A stretch of DNA of 64,000 nt, taken from the NCBI GenBank assembly GCA_963924565.1, contig OZ004612.1:8866001-8930000 (forward strand), in the 5' to 3' direction. Source of the stretch: Ascidiella aspersa (lineage: Eukaryota). The position numbers and the translations under genes were made by a program. The first letter of the stretch is position 1; the number at the start of each line of letters is the position of its first letter. Of the stretch, positions 37,827 through 50,717 are shown piece after piece. The notes under the pieces are model-generated. The model ran no database searches. It saw only the letters and a list, made by a program, of their open reading frames with translations, and was not told the DNA's origin.

Positions 37827-40800
37827 TGGAAAAAGCACGTGGTCCACACGTGGGCGGTGCGCTATCAGCACGCATTTAGTTTGACGGGGCCGCGACCCTT
37901 CGCTCGCTAAGGCTTCCTGTCTGCCCGACACTGTACCATGTACAGCATCTCAACGCCGTCGCGTCTGCGCAGCGCTTTTCAATCACGGCGCCTCGTCTTG
38001 GCATTTCTTAGCGCAACTCAAGCCGGGCCTGACCCGAGTTTTTTGACAGCGCCGTCGACGCTCGCGTTGAACTTACGCCAAATTGAGCTGTCGCCGTCAA
38101 TAAGTTTAATGTCGATCGTCCCCGCATTTAGACGTTGGCCCCACAAAGCCACTGCTTAAAGGCGAAAGGACCCCGAAAATAGACTATCAAGTTTGGTTAA
38201 CGGGCTCTATAGGTTCCAGTTTAGTTAGACGTTTCTCCCGTTCCTTTGGTGGTCGAAAATGTGCGACCTGCCTTCCTGGACCGTGGCCATCAAAACGCAA
38301 TTTGTAGATGCCCACGCTGATACTATTTCTGTAAACAGTCAATACCAGTTGCGAATTTTTATTGCAAACGAAAGGCAAAGCAACTCATTAAGCCCGGTCC
38401 GAGAATGTTCGTCCCCAAAGTACAAACTTAACGATTTATACGCTCTCAATCACGTTTATCTCGTTGTAATCTTAAGTTTCCTCTTAACTCGTTTTGAACA
38501 AAGAAAACTAAACACACCAATTTTGGACAGGGTGCCGTTCGACTTCTCCCATAAGTCGGCCTCTTTATAATTCCAGTTTTCTTGATTTTAGATTATATAA
38601 ACTATTTATAGTTTTATCTTGCTTTATAATGTGTTTCATCTTCAAGGATCATGTAAACATTTTTCGGTTTGTATGAGAATCATTAAAGGGAGAACCTATT
38701 TTCACTTAGCTGAAGTATGTAGATTATTGGATTTCTCTCGTATCAAACTCTCGTTTGTAGCCAGAGAATGCTAAAAGCGAGTGGTTATTGCCGGATTTGG
38801 GCGAAATTGCAGTACCGCGTATCAAGCAACGAGTCTCCACCAAAGCATCGATCGAAAGTTGGATCCATTACTTTTATCGGTTGCGGGATTTGGCGATTAT
38901 AATCTAAGCAAGCTGCTGCAACTTGACCCGGTGACACAGGACTGTCGCGCCACCCCTTCAATGCCGTACGTGACTGTTTTGGATGTGCTGTGTAGCAGTA
39001 TGCATTACATTTAGACCATCACCAGAAAAAGTATGCGCTGCAACTACACGCTTTTAGCGTAATTACGGCCTTCTTCGAACGACGCTTTATGATTTAATGT
39101 ATTAAAAATCGATTTTTAGGCTCTCGGCCCATTTCTCGTGATCCATTTGCATTAAGCTCTCGAACCGTTTCTTCCCACTTTGCTCTTTTAGGAGGTTTAT
39201 TGGAATCTTTCAATTTCACCAGAAACAAATTCGGCGTTGTTTATTGATGCTGTGCGATATAGGTGGATACAGAATGCGATTTGTACTATGAAGTGTTTTG
39301 TTACAAGCAAAAAGAGAGTCATTTCTTCTCATCAAAGAGTTTTTTAAGCCCTTTTTAGTTTTGGTAGTTAACATATAGTCTTACATAACATAAACCATAT
39401 TGCGTGTTTTTTATAGTTTATGATCGACATGTTATTAAATACACTGCAGGGGTAACTAACCTTTTAAAATATTTTTAAGGCAAGAAAAGACATGAAGTAC
39501 ATTGTAAACACATCTATTAAAAACAGTTTAATTAGTAAACAAAGTTTGACTTAAAAAATAGATATGCTTAATTATCGTCTCTTACAAACATTTGTTTTGC
39601 TAAACAACGGCAACATTTAAAACACGTTTTTTATATTTAACCGTTAAGTTCTGTTAAAAGCGATTAAGCATTGTAGGATCAAAGAGATGGAGCACAGGAA
39701 TTTGAATCTGCCGCATCCTCGTAAAGTCGTTGCAAATATTTTACAAACTCTGCGGTTTGTTATTCACAAAAAGCCCTTCAAAAATCTGGCGGCGTCCACT
39801 TTGATCTCGAAAGGCGCTTTGCTATTCAAAGAGCATCCGCTCAAAGGACGCAAAGGTAGTGGTGGCTATTTGCTCCCACAACATCATTGCGGGAGTGGCC
39901 GCTTCCGCCCGAGCAACCTACCAAGCTTAAATCATCCAAGCCAGTAGTATATGCAGAGCAATGGCCGGGCCGCAACCCGTGTGGGGCGTATCCCAGCGCA
40001 TCAAGGCCGCAAACGTCTCGCCCTAAACACAACACTCCGAAAAGTTCGTGGGAAGGGCAAAGAGCGCGACCGGGCTCTGTGTGAGTCACACGCTTCACAG
40101 GTTGAAGACTCGTTTGTCCTGTTTACCTGGCCACTTCACACTAAACACCGCGTTTCATTTTCGACGGCAATCCGACACCATTTTTCCAGCACTCCCAGTA
40201 AGATACTGGTAAGAGGTTATTCACCCGGACACCAATGTAGTTTAAATCGACGTATAATAACTAACGGGTGCAAGCGTGGAAAGGTTATCCTGTCAAATGG
40301 CCCATAGGCATATATTGCAAAACTTGAAAACTAAATCAAATACTATCACCAAAACGCTAACCCCGCAACCCTAACCCAAGTCAATAAATAACACGTATTG
40401 GGGCAAGCGTAAATGAGAGATCCGGTCAAATATCCACTTCCAAAATTTCATCGTACGCGTTGCTTTCCAAACACGTCTGATTGTTTGCTGGGCGGTGCGC
40501 TAAGGTGAAATGAATGAAGAAACCGTGTGAACCAGACGCGATGACTGATTAGTGAATCAAAGGGCGGGCAAAGCGCGCTGTGAGGTCTTTGCCGGAGCGA
40601 GGCAGCAATCAGTCGAGTGCGGCTTGAGACTTTGAACCCGCTTGGACCGGTGTGCACCGGGCCTTGTCGGGCGGGCGGATGTATCAACAACAGCAATGGA
40701 TGTCTTGCGGTGGCTTCGGCGAGGGACAGGTGCCTATTTGGCCAAGGCTTTTTTGGCTTGGTGAGTCGCCGCTGAACACCTGTGAAATGCCCTCCTCTGT

Positions 40801-41634
40801 CCGCTTGTGTTGTTTTGGGAAAGCGCGGGGCTTTTTCGCGGCGCTGTTATCACTAGGAAACGAAGTGAAGGCGCATCATTAAACGTCTAAAGGACTGAGG
40901 CCGGGCGAATGGCTTTAATCGACAGGCAATGACAACTCAAACCCGAACTTGGCTGTTGACTTAAAACGGCACCGCCGTGACTGTTTGTTTATTGATGAAA
41001 AAATTACCGGTCGTTTTTCCTAGTTTTTGCCATCGCTTAATGTCGTGTACTGGTATCCGCCTGTGAAAATTGCAGCCAAGTTTGTTTGAATCGTATTGTT
41101 TTCTACCATTTTGGCACTCACATATTATGGAAACCCCGCTCATTTCTCATCTATTTTTAATCCCTTCTACTTTATTTGCATATTTAGCACACTTTGATTT
41201 TAGTTTGTTAACGCCAAAAAACTTGCACAGGATCTTCCCTCAGTGTTGTTTGCATACTGCACAGAGCAGCTAAGATCCGAGGTGCCGCTGAAAAAATTTA
41301 AATTTGCATGAGCATTTTTATAGGATAGGTCCAACACGATGTGGCGTGGATGTATGCTAATGTGATGAGCGTACTTCTCTTTCCTATTGTCCCGCCCGCG
41401 GCAATCTTGTATGTCTTGTAAATGTGCGGGAAGTTTTATTGGAATATAATTATCGGCGCTGCCTTTTGTTTCGAGGCGAGGCCGCGGCCTATCCCGATTG
41501 TTTTGCTCGACACGCCGACCCTCCTTTAATTTACCTAAGAGGCGCCTAATTGCGCGTTTATCGAGAGACTTATTAAAGATCGAGAAATATTTGTAAGGGA
41601 TCGTGGCGATTTGCCTTTAATTGCGGTCGCCTTG

Positions 41635-41648
41635 ATTGTCATGCAAAT
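41635..41648 (+). promoter_or_regulatory. Sox-Oct composite-like motif
   Basis: ATTGTCATGCAAAT within a cluster of TAATTG motifs. Motif match only. Confidence 0.35.
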
Positions 41649-44017
41649 GAGGCACCCACGTTGGTTGATCTGATTGCGAGCGATTTTGCGAATTTAAACG
41701 TGACACTTAAAAACAAAGAACGTGAGTGGTTTACCAGGGTTCCAAGGTTGCATAGCGTGCTGTGCGGAACACGTGTTATCAACAGCCGTTAACAGGTGGT
41801 CAAAGAAGGGTGCTGTCATACTTTAAAAAACTATAGCACAGATTTCATGAAAATTTGACATAGATGCCACCGTTTTACAACCCTATTACGTGGCCATGTT
41901 GGCCTGTCTTATATTGTCGACGATTTCCTCTTAATTGCAGTTTTATCGTTTTTAAGTGTTATCCAAACGTTACAAAAACAAATTATTTTGTCAGTTTTAT
42001 GTGACCTAAATACTCTCGCAACTGTGAGAACTGCGTTTAACACAGCCAAACCACGTCGAGGTATATGGCGATTTTTCAATCCAAGATTTCTTATTTTGTA
42101 GGCAAGGTGATTTACCCGACAATTGCCAGCTTCAACAGGTTACACCCAGACGACGTAGGCGAATATGTTGCTGTTCAAACGCAGAACGGGCTTGTGAAGA
42201 AGTGCGACAGGCATTTTCTTTGCGTCCCAGGCGAGCGATTTCAAAGCTGAACTGAACTTGGGGTCACTCGACCTCACGGCGGTACATCAGACGCGGTTTT
42301 CACGAGAACACTCGGGCACGCCGCGCTTTGATATAACTCGTATCTTTATACTGCTGTCGCCAAACTCGTTTTTATTAATAAAATGTGTTTTCTTCATTAA
42401 CATATAGAACTGTGGGCTGCTAAACTAAGACGCCAACGACGAAAAAGAAAGAAAAGGTTGACAAATAAAGGCCAAGAGAAAGAAACGATTGAAAATTAAA
42501 GGCCTTGGTTTTAAATAGTCCATCCGTTGCCCATTCCGGTTTAGCTTTTGATCAATACCGTTATACAAAAGCCGGATGCACTCATTTAGACTTGTGATGC
42601 ATTGCCGGATTACTGAAAGGTCACCAGAATTGATGGTGGTTAAATTTAGCGCGAAACAATGGCGCTTTTAATTGCCTGACAAATGATGTCTGGCGTTATA
42701 TAACTGTTTTTTTTTTATTAATTAAAAACAACCGCCACTGACTAACAAGGTGGCAATTTTAGGAAAGGCAAAGAAAGCAGTCGCCATACAGTATCATAAT
42801 GCCATTTATTTTTACTTTCCAATAGATTTATTTATACTTTAATCCGTGGAGCTTCGCACCTTACACCTGCACAAGCTTAAAACACATCCAGCGCCAGTCG
42901 TTGACATTTCAAACGGAAGGCGTCACGGTCTGCCGATTACAGTCGAATTCGTCAAACGACAAGACAGCTTCCAATTTGCGCGGGACAAAGTTCAATCGCA
43001 AAGCTGCACCGGGCAAAATTGCACGTCTTAAAGGTGCGTAAGTCATAATAAAGCTTCCGCCTGTCCGCTCGTACAGACGCCTTAAGTTCAGGCCGATGTT
43101 TGACCGTCTTGTAGCCTAATAACCACCTTCAGCATGTTTCCAGGCACCGACGTTAGTAAGTTGTAACCATCAACCCGGAGCCGTAAAGGCAATTACAGTG
43201 GCGCCAGCTAATAGCCCAACCAGCGCGCCTAATTGCAGCATCCGTCAGCGATCGTGGCCAGTTTTGCACCTCGGTCAAGCTGCTGCTTTGCCTGACAAAT
43301 GGCGAATCGAGCGCCGGGAAAACGTGTTCGCCGTGGCTCGTTTTTACGTAAGGGGAAGTGCTTCTTGCGTGGCACGCGTTCGCCGTTTACGCCCACTCTA
43401 CAAACAAACAAGAACGATTGTCCACCGATGACCATACTAAGACGCGAGCTTTGTTTGGGCGAGTTGGTTTATTGACGATGTCTGACGTAAAGCAAAGGGC
43501 GATCGTGAAAGTTGACAAGGAAGCCTGTCAACGAAGGACGAGCGAAGTGGCAAAAACAAGAAAGGCGCTGAAACAAAGAAGCGCAAATGTGCAATGCGAA
43601 GGAAAAATAAACTTGAGGTGGAATTTAATGCATTTACTTGCAAAATAAAACGCGCAACTTAGCGGAGGCCAACAAAGAAATAAAACACAAAATGTGACAT
43701 CCTTTGGGAGACACAGAGCTTGGTCGACGATGTCAGTTCACTTGAAGCTATATAGTTGAGGTCGTCTGATATGCGGAATACTCGGCGATTCATCACAGTG
43801 TAGAACTGGCTTTTTGAAAGAAAACAAAACTTTAAGTAAAAAAATTGAAATAAATGCATAATATTTAAGCCACTACATTTTATCATTGTTAATTCCGCGT
43901 AACCTAATTACAAAATATTAGTTAAATACATTTTTATCATGTTATACACCTTTAGACCAAACCAAATAAAGCGTTAATTACCTTAAAACTCTCTTTTTTG
44001 AGCATATAGAGACATCG

Positions 44018-44399
44018 TTGACCTGTATGTTTTGCAAAGCTGTGGTGTCTCTCATCCAGTGCTTGAATCCTCGAGACTTTGAAGAACTTTTCCTTTACAA
44101 CTTGCATCCAGTCGTCAGCTCACGTTGGCTGAGTGGGCAGTTGTACATTTTCGTCGTTTATTCTTTGAAGTTGACTTGTATGTTTTGCAAAGCTGTGGTG
44201 TCTCTCATCAAGTGCGTGAATCCCAGAGACTTTGCTGTTGCAGAACTGGTGAAGTTCAACTGTAGACTGCGTCTTGACAACTTGCTGGCGGTGGCAGGCT
44301 TGCTCGAGGCTTGAGCCTGTTTCGAGATAAACCTCATGCGTTTAAGCAATCCCTGATTGTATCTCGAAATCGTCCGTACTTTGATATACGCCGACCCCG
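44018..44399 (-). ncRNA. Conserved structured core, copy D
   Basis: Core homology; the tip of hairpin 2 is deleted and part of hairpin 4 is duplicated at ~44018-44080. Confidence 0.55.
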
Positions 44400-44500
44400 C
44401 TGAAAGTCGTCCACAATCATTCTCTTAAATGTAAATTTTAGAAACGCGTTAAAGCCGCCGCTTTCTTCATGTGGTATATTGGAAAATGATTCACATAATG

Positions 44501-44581
44501 TCACTTATACTTTGCTTGTAAAGTTTTACCCCGTGCGGGTCCTGAATGTAGGTCCGCACACATTGTTTGACAGGGTACCAT
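44501..44581 (-). CDS. Putative micropeptide/uORF MVPCQTMCADLHSGPARGKTLQAKYK* (26 aa)
   Basis: First ATG after the predicted TSS, Kozak AAGATGG, ends AAG TAT AAG TGA. Confidence 0.5.
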   Translation of the reverse strand: MVPCQTMCADLHSGPARGKTLQAKYK

Positions 44582-45287
44582 CTTAACACACGGGGCCACG
44601 TGCGTCGAATCGACAAAGCGGATGTGAACGCGGCAGCCCAAAGTCGTGCTTTTATATAGGGCGAGCCTATAGCAACCGCAGACGGGCAGCTCAAAACAAA
44701 GCAACATATCGTCGCCCTTTCGACAGCGAGGCCCTACCACCGGTGGGATTTCCACAACTTTTCCGGACGAAGAGTTGAGGTTTGACAGCCGGTTTTCGGT
44801 TTGGAAAACGTCGCGATGAAAGTGGTTGAAGTAAGATATCGAATTCTTCGGTGTTTTGCACTTAGACGTTCACTGTTATTGGTACGTTACAATTTTGAAA
44901 ATCTCTACCATGTTTTGATGTTTTATCCTATTTATTCCACGTGTCAGACCTGGGTAAACCTTTCAGAATTATTGTTGCCAATAGCAACCAAGTAATTGTT
45001 TTTCGGGTAAACAAAGCTTTTTTGAGCTACAGTGAAAATCTGGTATGAGGTTAACTTTAAGTCACCAGCTCAATTATTGTAACTAATCGCACAAAATATA
45101 CCTTAGTTCATAATATTTTAGTTGATTAAAATTGAATTGGTCACCAGCACTAGTTCATCCTATATATTGTCTGGTGTCGAGGTAGACGTGCTAAAAAGTA
45201 AATAACCATTTTTACTGCAAGATTATATAACGACGCATAGCAGGTTGTTTGCTTACGCTTATGTAACAATCCAAGTTTTATGTACAG

Positions 45288-45569
45288 CAGGGGTTCCCAA
45301 CCTATTGGCCATGATTATTTTAATTGATCATTTCTAAGTCTACTTCACCATACCAAAATAAATCAATTTAAATTTCATTGAAATACTAGTACAGCAGTAA
45401 ACTAAGCAAATCGTACACTAAGCTTAATTAAATTGTCATGCCATTGCTGTTGTCTTTCCAATCAAAATATCGTTGTGAATGTGGATTTCCAATTGATTTC
45501 TGAGGGGGGCAATTGATTTCTGAAAATTTTTAAAGGGTGCCACGGTGTAAAAAAGGTTGGGGAACCCTG
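45288..45569. mobile_element. hAT (Charlie-like) MITE
   Basis: TIR CAGGGGTTCCCAACCT / AGGTTGGGGAACCCTG; partial TSD atgtacag/gggtacaa. Confidence 0.8.
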
Positions 45570-46730
45570 GGGTACAAGCTCATAATGCACAAATAGTTTA
45601 ACGCATAAATAGTTGCCATAATTATAATCTGTCAGCTGTCCTTTTCAAAAATACTTCTTGAAATATTGTCCACTTTTAACGGTAAAAATGACACACAAAC
45701 GGTAAACTAACTGGTTGTCGGCCAATTAAATCAGCCCTGTTAGTCGGTCGCGCAAAAAGAGAGTACTGTTAGCATAAATCAGTTGCCAGTACACGGAAAA
45801 TTTCCAAGTTGCGGTTTCTTTCCGAGTCGCTGTGACAATGTCACTCCCCAGCTTGACAACTTGTTTTTTGTGTCGACGCGACGATACACACACGGGGCCC
45901 CGCGATTTTGTCGGTATGGCGATAATCTTTATTTTGCCAACAATGGCTGATGTTTGCTCGCCCAGCCAGCAGCTTTGATAGAGACTGTGCCTCGTAGCTG
46001 CCTAACCGCTCGCGCCACCCGACGCAGACAACAGTATAGAGTTAGGTCGTGTCGGCATAGCATCACGTTCCGCACGCTTTCCATTGTCGAAAGCTCAAGT
46101 TGAGGGATTTCAAAGGATTAACACCTCTCGCCTACCTTCCAAAACGCGGCCTTTGTTCTTTTTTGTCAAATCTGCGCCCCTTTTTACCTTTACAGCCTTT
46201 GAAAAACCGCGGCGTTGACGCGAACAATTCGCAGCATGTTTGCTGTACGATAGCAGGACTTAGCGCTTTTTAAGTGCTGAGAGAAATGCTGAACCGGTGG
46301 GTTATTGGCAAATGTTTAATATGTGAATACATTTTTTCAGAGAGAAACTGTGTTTCGTCGTGACCAGACAATCTTCTTTGGTTTGTTTATCAAAATATAT
46401 AGGAGGCAATGCTAAAATGCTTTATCTAAAAAGAGGTAAAATTACATCTTTGTAAAAGCCTGAGGTGATTTTTCTTGGTTTCGCCCTTGCCCTAAAAAAA
46501 CTTTGTCGCATTTTTGTGTCGGGTTTTATCGACTGGCGTTTTTACTGGTTTCCCTTCATGCGATTAGCAAGTATAAAGTTCGAGCAAAACAACGATCGAT
46601 TCCGTTCTGATGACGTGCAAAATGCAACGCTATAACGTAAACATGGATCCACTTTCGGCTATGGCGTCGTCGTATATAAACAATCTCACTGTTAGCGCCC
46701 GGTTTCAGTACGGTTGGTATTTTTTCTTCA

Positions 46731-46940
46731 GTTTCACAGTCACTTATCGGAAATCGCCCATAGAAGTTTCACTGCATTTTTCATTGGTTTCAGGTTTGCG
46801 CTGCAGGAAATGTGCGATCCAAGTTCGCGGCTTCATTGTTTAGTTTCGGGACTCGATCGTCGGAAATCGCCCATCCAAGTTTCGCCACCCGCCTTTAAGG
46901 TTTCGGGCTTGATTTGCGGAAATCTCCCATCAAACTTGCG
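46731..46940. repeat. Degenerate ~56-bp tandem repeat x4
   Basis: Each unit reads gtttc...(c/a)ggaaat...at..aagtt. Confidence 0.75.
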
Positions 46941-47097
46941 CCGGCGGCATTCAGGCGCTGCGACCGAGATCGGACAGGGGAAATGGGTGTAGGGAAAGCG
47001 TGCCCAGCGCCGCGAATCCACTTAGCAGTGGCTACAATTACAGCAATCCGCACAACCTTCGGCGCCTGCTTTGGCCGCTGCGGATGTCAATCTATCA

Positions 47098-47364
47098 CAG
47101 GGGTTCTTAAATGGACCCCTAGGGGGTCCGTGAACCAATTTTTTGGGGTCCATGATAGCCAAATTGAAATATTAGTATATATTTAGGAAATAATACATTT
47201 TTCAAAGAAAATAGTTTTACTTAAATCATAAGCATATTTCTGAGGTTTATTTTATTGTGACGCCAATTTATGACAACATTTCTGAAAAATCCTTGACTAC
47301 CGTGGTCAAGCGAAGCAGAAAAAAACTTTAGGGATCCGCTGTATAAAAAGTTATAGAACCCATA
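47098..47364. mobile_element. Degenerate hAT (Charlie-like) MITE, related to 52121-52455
   Basis: CAGGGGTTCTTAAA left end, gggtcc subterminal motifs, degenerate right end ttatagaaccc. Confidence 0.7.
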
Positions 47365-47646
47365 ATTAAACAGTTTAACGTCGAACAAAAAACGGTCGAC
47401 AGGTTGATTTAAGGGACCGAATAATTTGCTAAAAGGGCGAAAATGAGTCTCAAAAGGAAGCAATGTAAACCGTCCGAAATTAGGGGTGAAAATGGTTGCT
47501 TATACTTAGTCGGTTAGTCAAAAATATTTTTTTAATGTTTAATTACCTGCTAACCGTTTAGTTGACTATTTAAAAAAAAATACCTTTTAAAGTATAGAAT
47601 GCATTGCATGGCAAATCATAGCTGAATTTCAAAATAATATTAATTT

Positions 47647-47747
47647 GGTATCGTATCGGCGCGGATACCACTCTAGTATCGGACGATGCCGATACCATCA
47701 CTCAGCGTCAGATATCGATTCCGATCTGATATGATCGAACATCTCTG
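47647..47747. mobile_element. Right-end fragment of an Ac-like hAT MITE (GTATC/GATAC repeats)
   Basis: Clustered gtatcg/gatacc motifs ending in acatctctg. Confidence 0.45.
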
Positions 47748-49020
47748 TACTTATTAACCATATCGTTAGAAGCGATCGGGATGGTGTACCGAAGTACTTC
47801 GAGAAACCCTGAAATAGCCAATAACTTGCCACATTTTGAGCACGGACGAGTCACGACTCCGTCGCCCAGCAATCACGCGTCAAGGCCAAGTTACAGAGCA
47901 CCAAGAATGCGACGGCGAGCGCGAAAAAGGAGTTCCGCGGCAACTTTCTGGCGCTTGCGCTTCCTGACAAATCCGCCTAAGCCGACAGCGCCGGGCGAAA
48001 TGCGCCGGTGGTCAGGCTTGATTTATGACGCGCGGTACGCCGACTTGGGATTGTCACCGGCTGCTGCAATACCGTAACACGTACAATTGTACATTACTGG
48101 TTGCCCGCGCGTGTTGGCTTGTTGCATAGCACCGGTATTTATGACTTGGATTCAAAGAGCGGCACAGCTGTGTTGTTTGTTGCACTATACACCAACTGAG
48201 CGTGTGTGGCCTTAAAACATGTTCTGATCCAAATTAACTCGTATACTACCAGTTGAAAAAGCAACTATCCGGGAAAACAACATTTAAGGATTTTGTTACT
48301 AAACAGTATCAAGTCACACATCTTGTCGTTGTATTTAATTAGCCTTGCGACTACATTATTCAACCCTATTACAATTCGGCGAATTCGCACATGCAGTTCA
48401 AATACACCAAACACAAAATATAATTTAGAAAGATGCAAGGAAAAAGCCTCTAGCGTTGTTTAGATTGTACCTAATGCACATTTTGCCGTATGCAAATTAC
48501 GTGGATATTGCTGGTTGGTGTAACGCTTCATGATCGATGTATCACAAGCAAGTCCATACACAATCTTTAGCGTTCTCGTCACACTAGGAATCCACGTGCG
48601 TAGATCTACTTGTATGGACATTCTACCAGCAGTTCAACTCAGCACATTACTTAAATGAATGACGCGGTATATCTTCATTTTAATTTGTAGCCCATACTTG
48701 ATGAATACAACCTTTAAGTTCCGGACCATTTTTTAAAATAACCTCGTCGCTCGATTCTCATCCAGGATTGGTACAGCTAATTGACGCAATCCCCTCGTTA
48801 GCAACAGTGTCATAGGAACTGCGCGTTACTTCCGTTTAATGACTGTCCGAGAAAGGACTCCAGCGTCGCGAATAACTCAGCATTCTTCGTCGAATGACTA
48901 TGCAAATTTCAAGCCTAGGCGTAAGCCAGTTCGTTGAGTAAGTCCCGCGCTACTGTGTGAAAAAAGTCACCGGTGGATTTCCAAAGACCGGAATTTTGGC
49001 TGAAAGTTTGATGTCCTTCA

Positions 49021-49248
49021 GAACTTTACCCAAGTCATACTACGTCACAGCTATGTGCTGATTAAATCCTTAATTATTCTTTGAATTCATGAATCACTTA
49101 ATCTCCGATAAGGACTCCCAAAAATAAGCAAGTAAAAATAAAACACTGGCACGCAGAACATCGTTCAATTCCACTGAACAGTAAAATTGCTAAAAGCGTA
49201 TATCATAAAGGTCTTACTGATGACGTAGAATGACTTGGATAAAAGTTC
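49021..49248. repeat. ~27-bp imperfect inverted repeat with ~173-bp spacer
   Basis: gaactttacccaagtcatactacgtca versus tgacgtagaatgacttggataaaagttc. Confidence 0.9.
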
Positions 49249-50111
49249 GTAATTGACGACTTCTGTTTTTAGCAATATTTCTCTTTGAACAGTGCTTTCT
49301 ATCGCCGTGCGTTCAGAATTAATAAGATGGCAGTTTCAATCTAAACGTAAAAAAGATACACCCGGTGACATTTCAAAACTGGGCCTGCAATGTAAAATAA
49401 ATTGGTTTAAAATTGTTCAATACAGCCGAAATTATACAATTTTCGTCCGCAAATATCTCGGGTGTTTAGCTCCGCCTGTTGTATTCTTTTTTTAGAATTG
49501 TGTCACTGTGGGCGTGCAAACAATGTGACTTCCGCACAGAGGATAACAATACGACTAATCGCTGTAAACTTAGCATTGCCGCTGGCATATACACATCTCA
49601 TTTACATTAAAAACAAAGATTCATATTTTTATATCTACTGACCAAGATAAGGAGCGCCGAAAATACAAAAGAGTTATCACGCCGAGCGCCCGAAATCGGA
49701 CGGCCAGGTTAAGAACACGTTTCCGTGTCTCGGTTTAAAACATTGGAAGTGCTACTTTGAGCAAACCGACGGCGCTCAGTTCGCCCGACGTCTCAAACAA
49801 ATTTACATCTGTCAGAATTCTAGAGGCGCTTGCCTTATGTCGGCTCGACACCCCGGGTGGCATTTAATGACTAATCTCAGTCGGCGGCGGCGACGGGCTT
49901 GAGGACTTTCTCGTTTCCCTTCCGGAGTGTGGAAACGGAAGCAGACTGCCAGTGCGCTTCCTCAGCTCCAAAACGGCCGGATCCCTTTTTTTTAAAGCCC
50001 AAATTTTTGTGTTAGTTTCGTTTAAAACAGTCTGACATGCGAATGCACAGAATATTTCAAAGCCCGCCTGTGGAAAACGCCTGCAATAAAATGCTAAAAA
50101 GCAAATCAGGA

Positions 50112-50717
50112 TCAAACAAATGTGCGATTGTTTTTCAGGCCACTGTAAAAAAACTGGCCCAAAATATGCCCGAAAACAAACTTACCGACAACACACTGAA
50201 AGCGTAACAGACTTGCCTTGAGACATCGCGCGCTCTCGGGAAAGTTTTTCCTCCAATGCAAGCAAAACTTTCTCTGTTCGCGGGTTTGGGGTAAACATTG
50301 AGATGATGCCAGCGCACGGCCACTGACGTAGGTTGCTTCGTTACGGGATGTTTGGCCGACGACTGTATTGCTGGAAACCCGCGTAGAGAGGCCTTGCCTT
50401 GCCATCACAGACAAAGGTAAACTGACAACGGAAACGGCGGCGCCTGGTGCGCTAACTTGGACAGGGATGCCAACGTCAGTCGTCCTGCATTTAAAGTAAG
50501 ACCGATTTAGGCTCGGACCACTGTATACCTTGTGGCTTTTCTTAGACGTTCGGCTTTCCCTTTGTGAGACATTCGGATCGATTTGTTGGCACAGTTTCGA
50601 AAACTCGTCCCGAAATACCTTGAACTCAAGTGGTATTTTCGATGCGATTTCCGTCTTATCAATCCCATAAATAATAATAATCGTTACTTGATATTCCCTT
50701 TGGTCCACAATTTCCTG
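50112..50717 (-). CDS. Longest ORF in the window (~200 codons); possible exon of an unknown protein, possibly spurious
   Basis: Preceded on - by a TTTTCAG acceptor-like site. No recognisable domain, and the length is only marginally above chance. Confidence 0.2.
   Translation of the reverse strand, partial: QEIVDQREYQVTIIIIYGIDKTEIASKIPLEFKVFRDEFSKLCQQIDPNVSQRESRTSKKSHKVYSGPSLNRSYFKCRTTDVGIPVQVSAPGAAVSVVSLPLSVMARQGLSTRVSSNTVVGQTSRNEATYVSGRALASSQCLPQTREQRKFCLHWRKNFPESARCLKASLLRFQCVVGKFVFGHILGQFFYSGLKNNRTFV

Larger units (their letters stand above)
43620..44658 (-). other. Paralogous transcription unit D
   Basis: TATATAAAA at 44658 on -, Inr TCACAT at ~44625, KYK* ORF, core with an internal deletion and a partial duplication, AU-rich tail. 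Confidence 0.65.

Noticed and set aside
40357-40378. Telomeric repeat or telomerase template (ctaacccc..aaccctaaccc)
   Set aside because: Only ~2 imperfect units in an AT-rich spacer.
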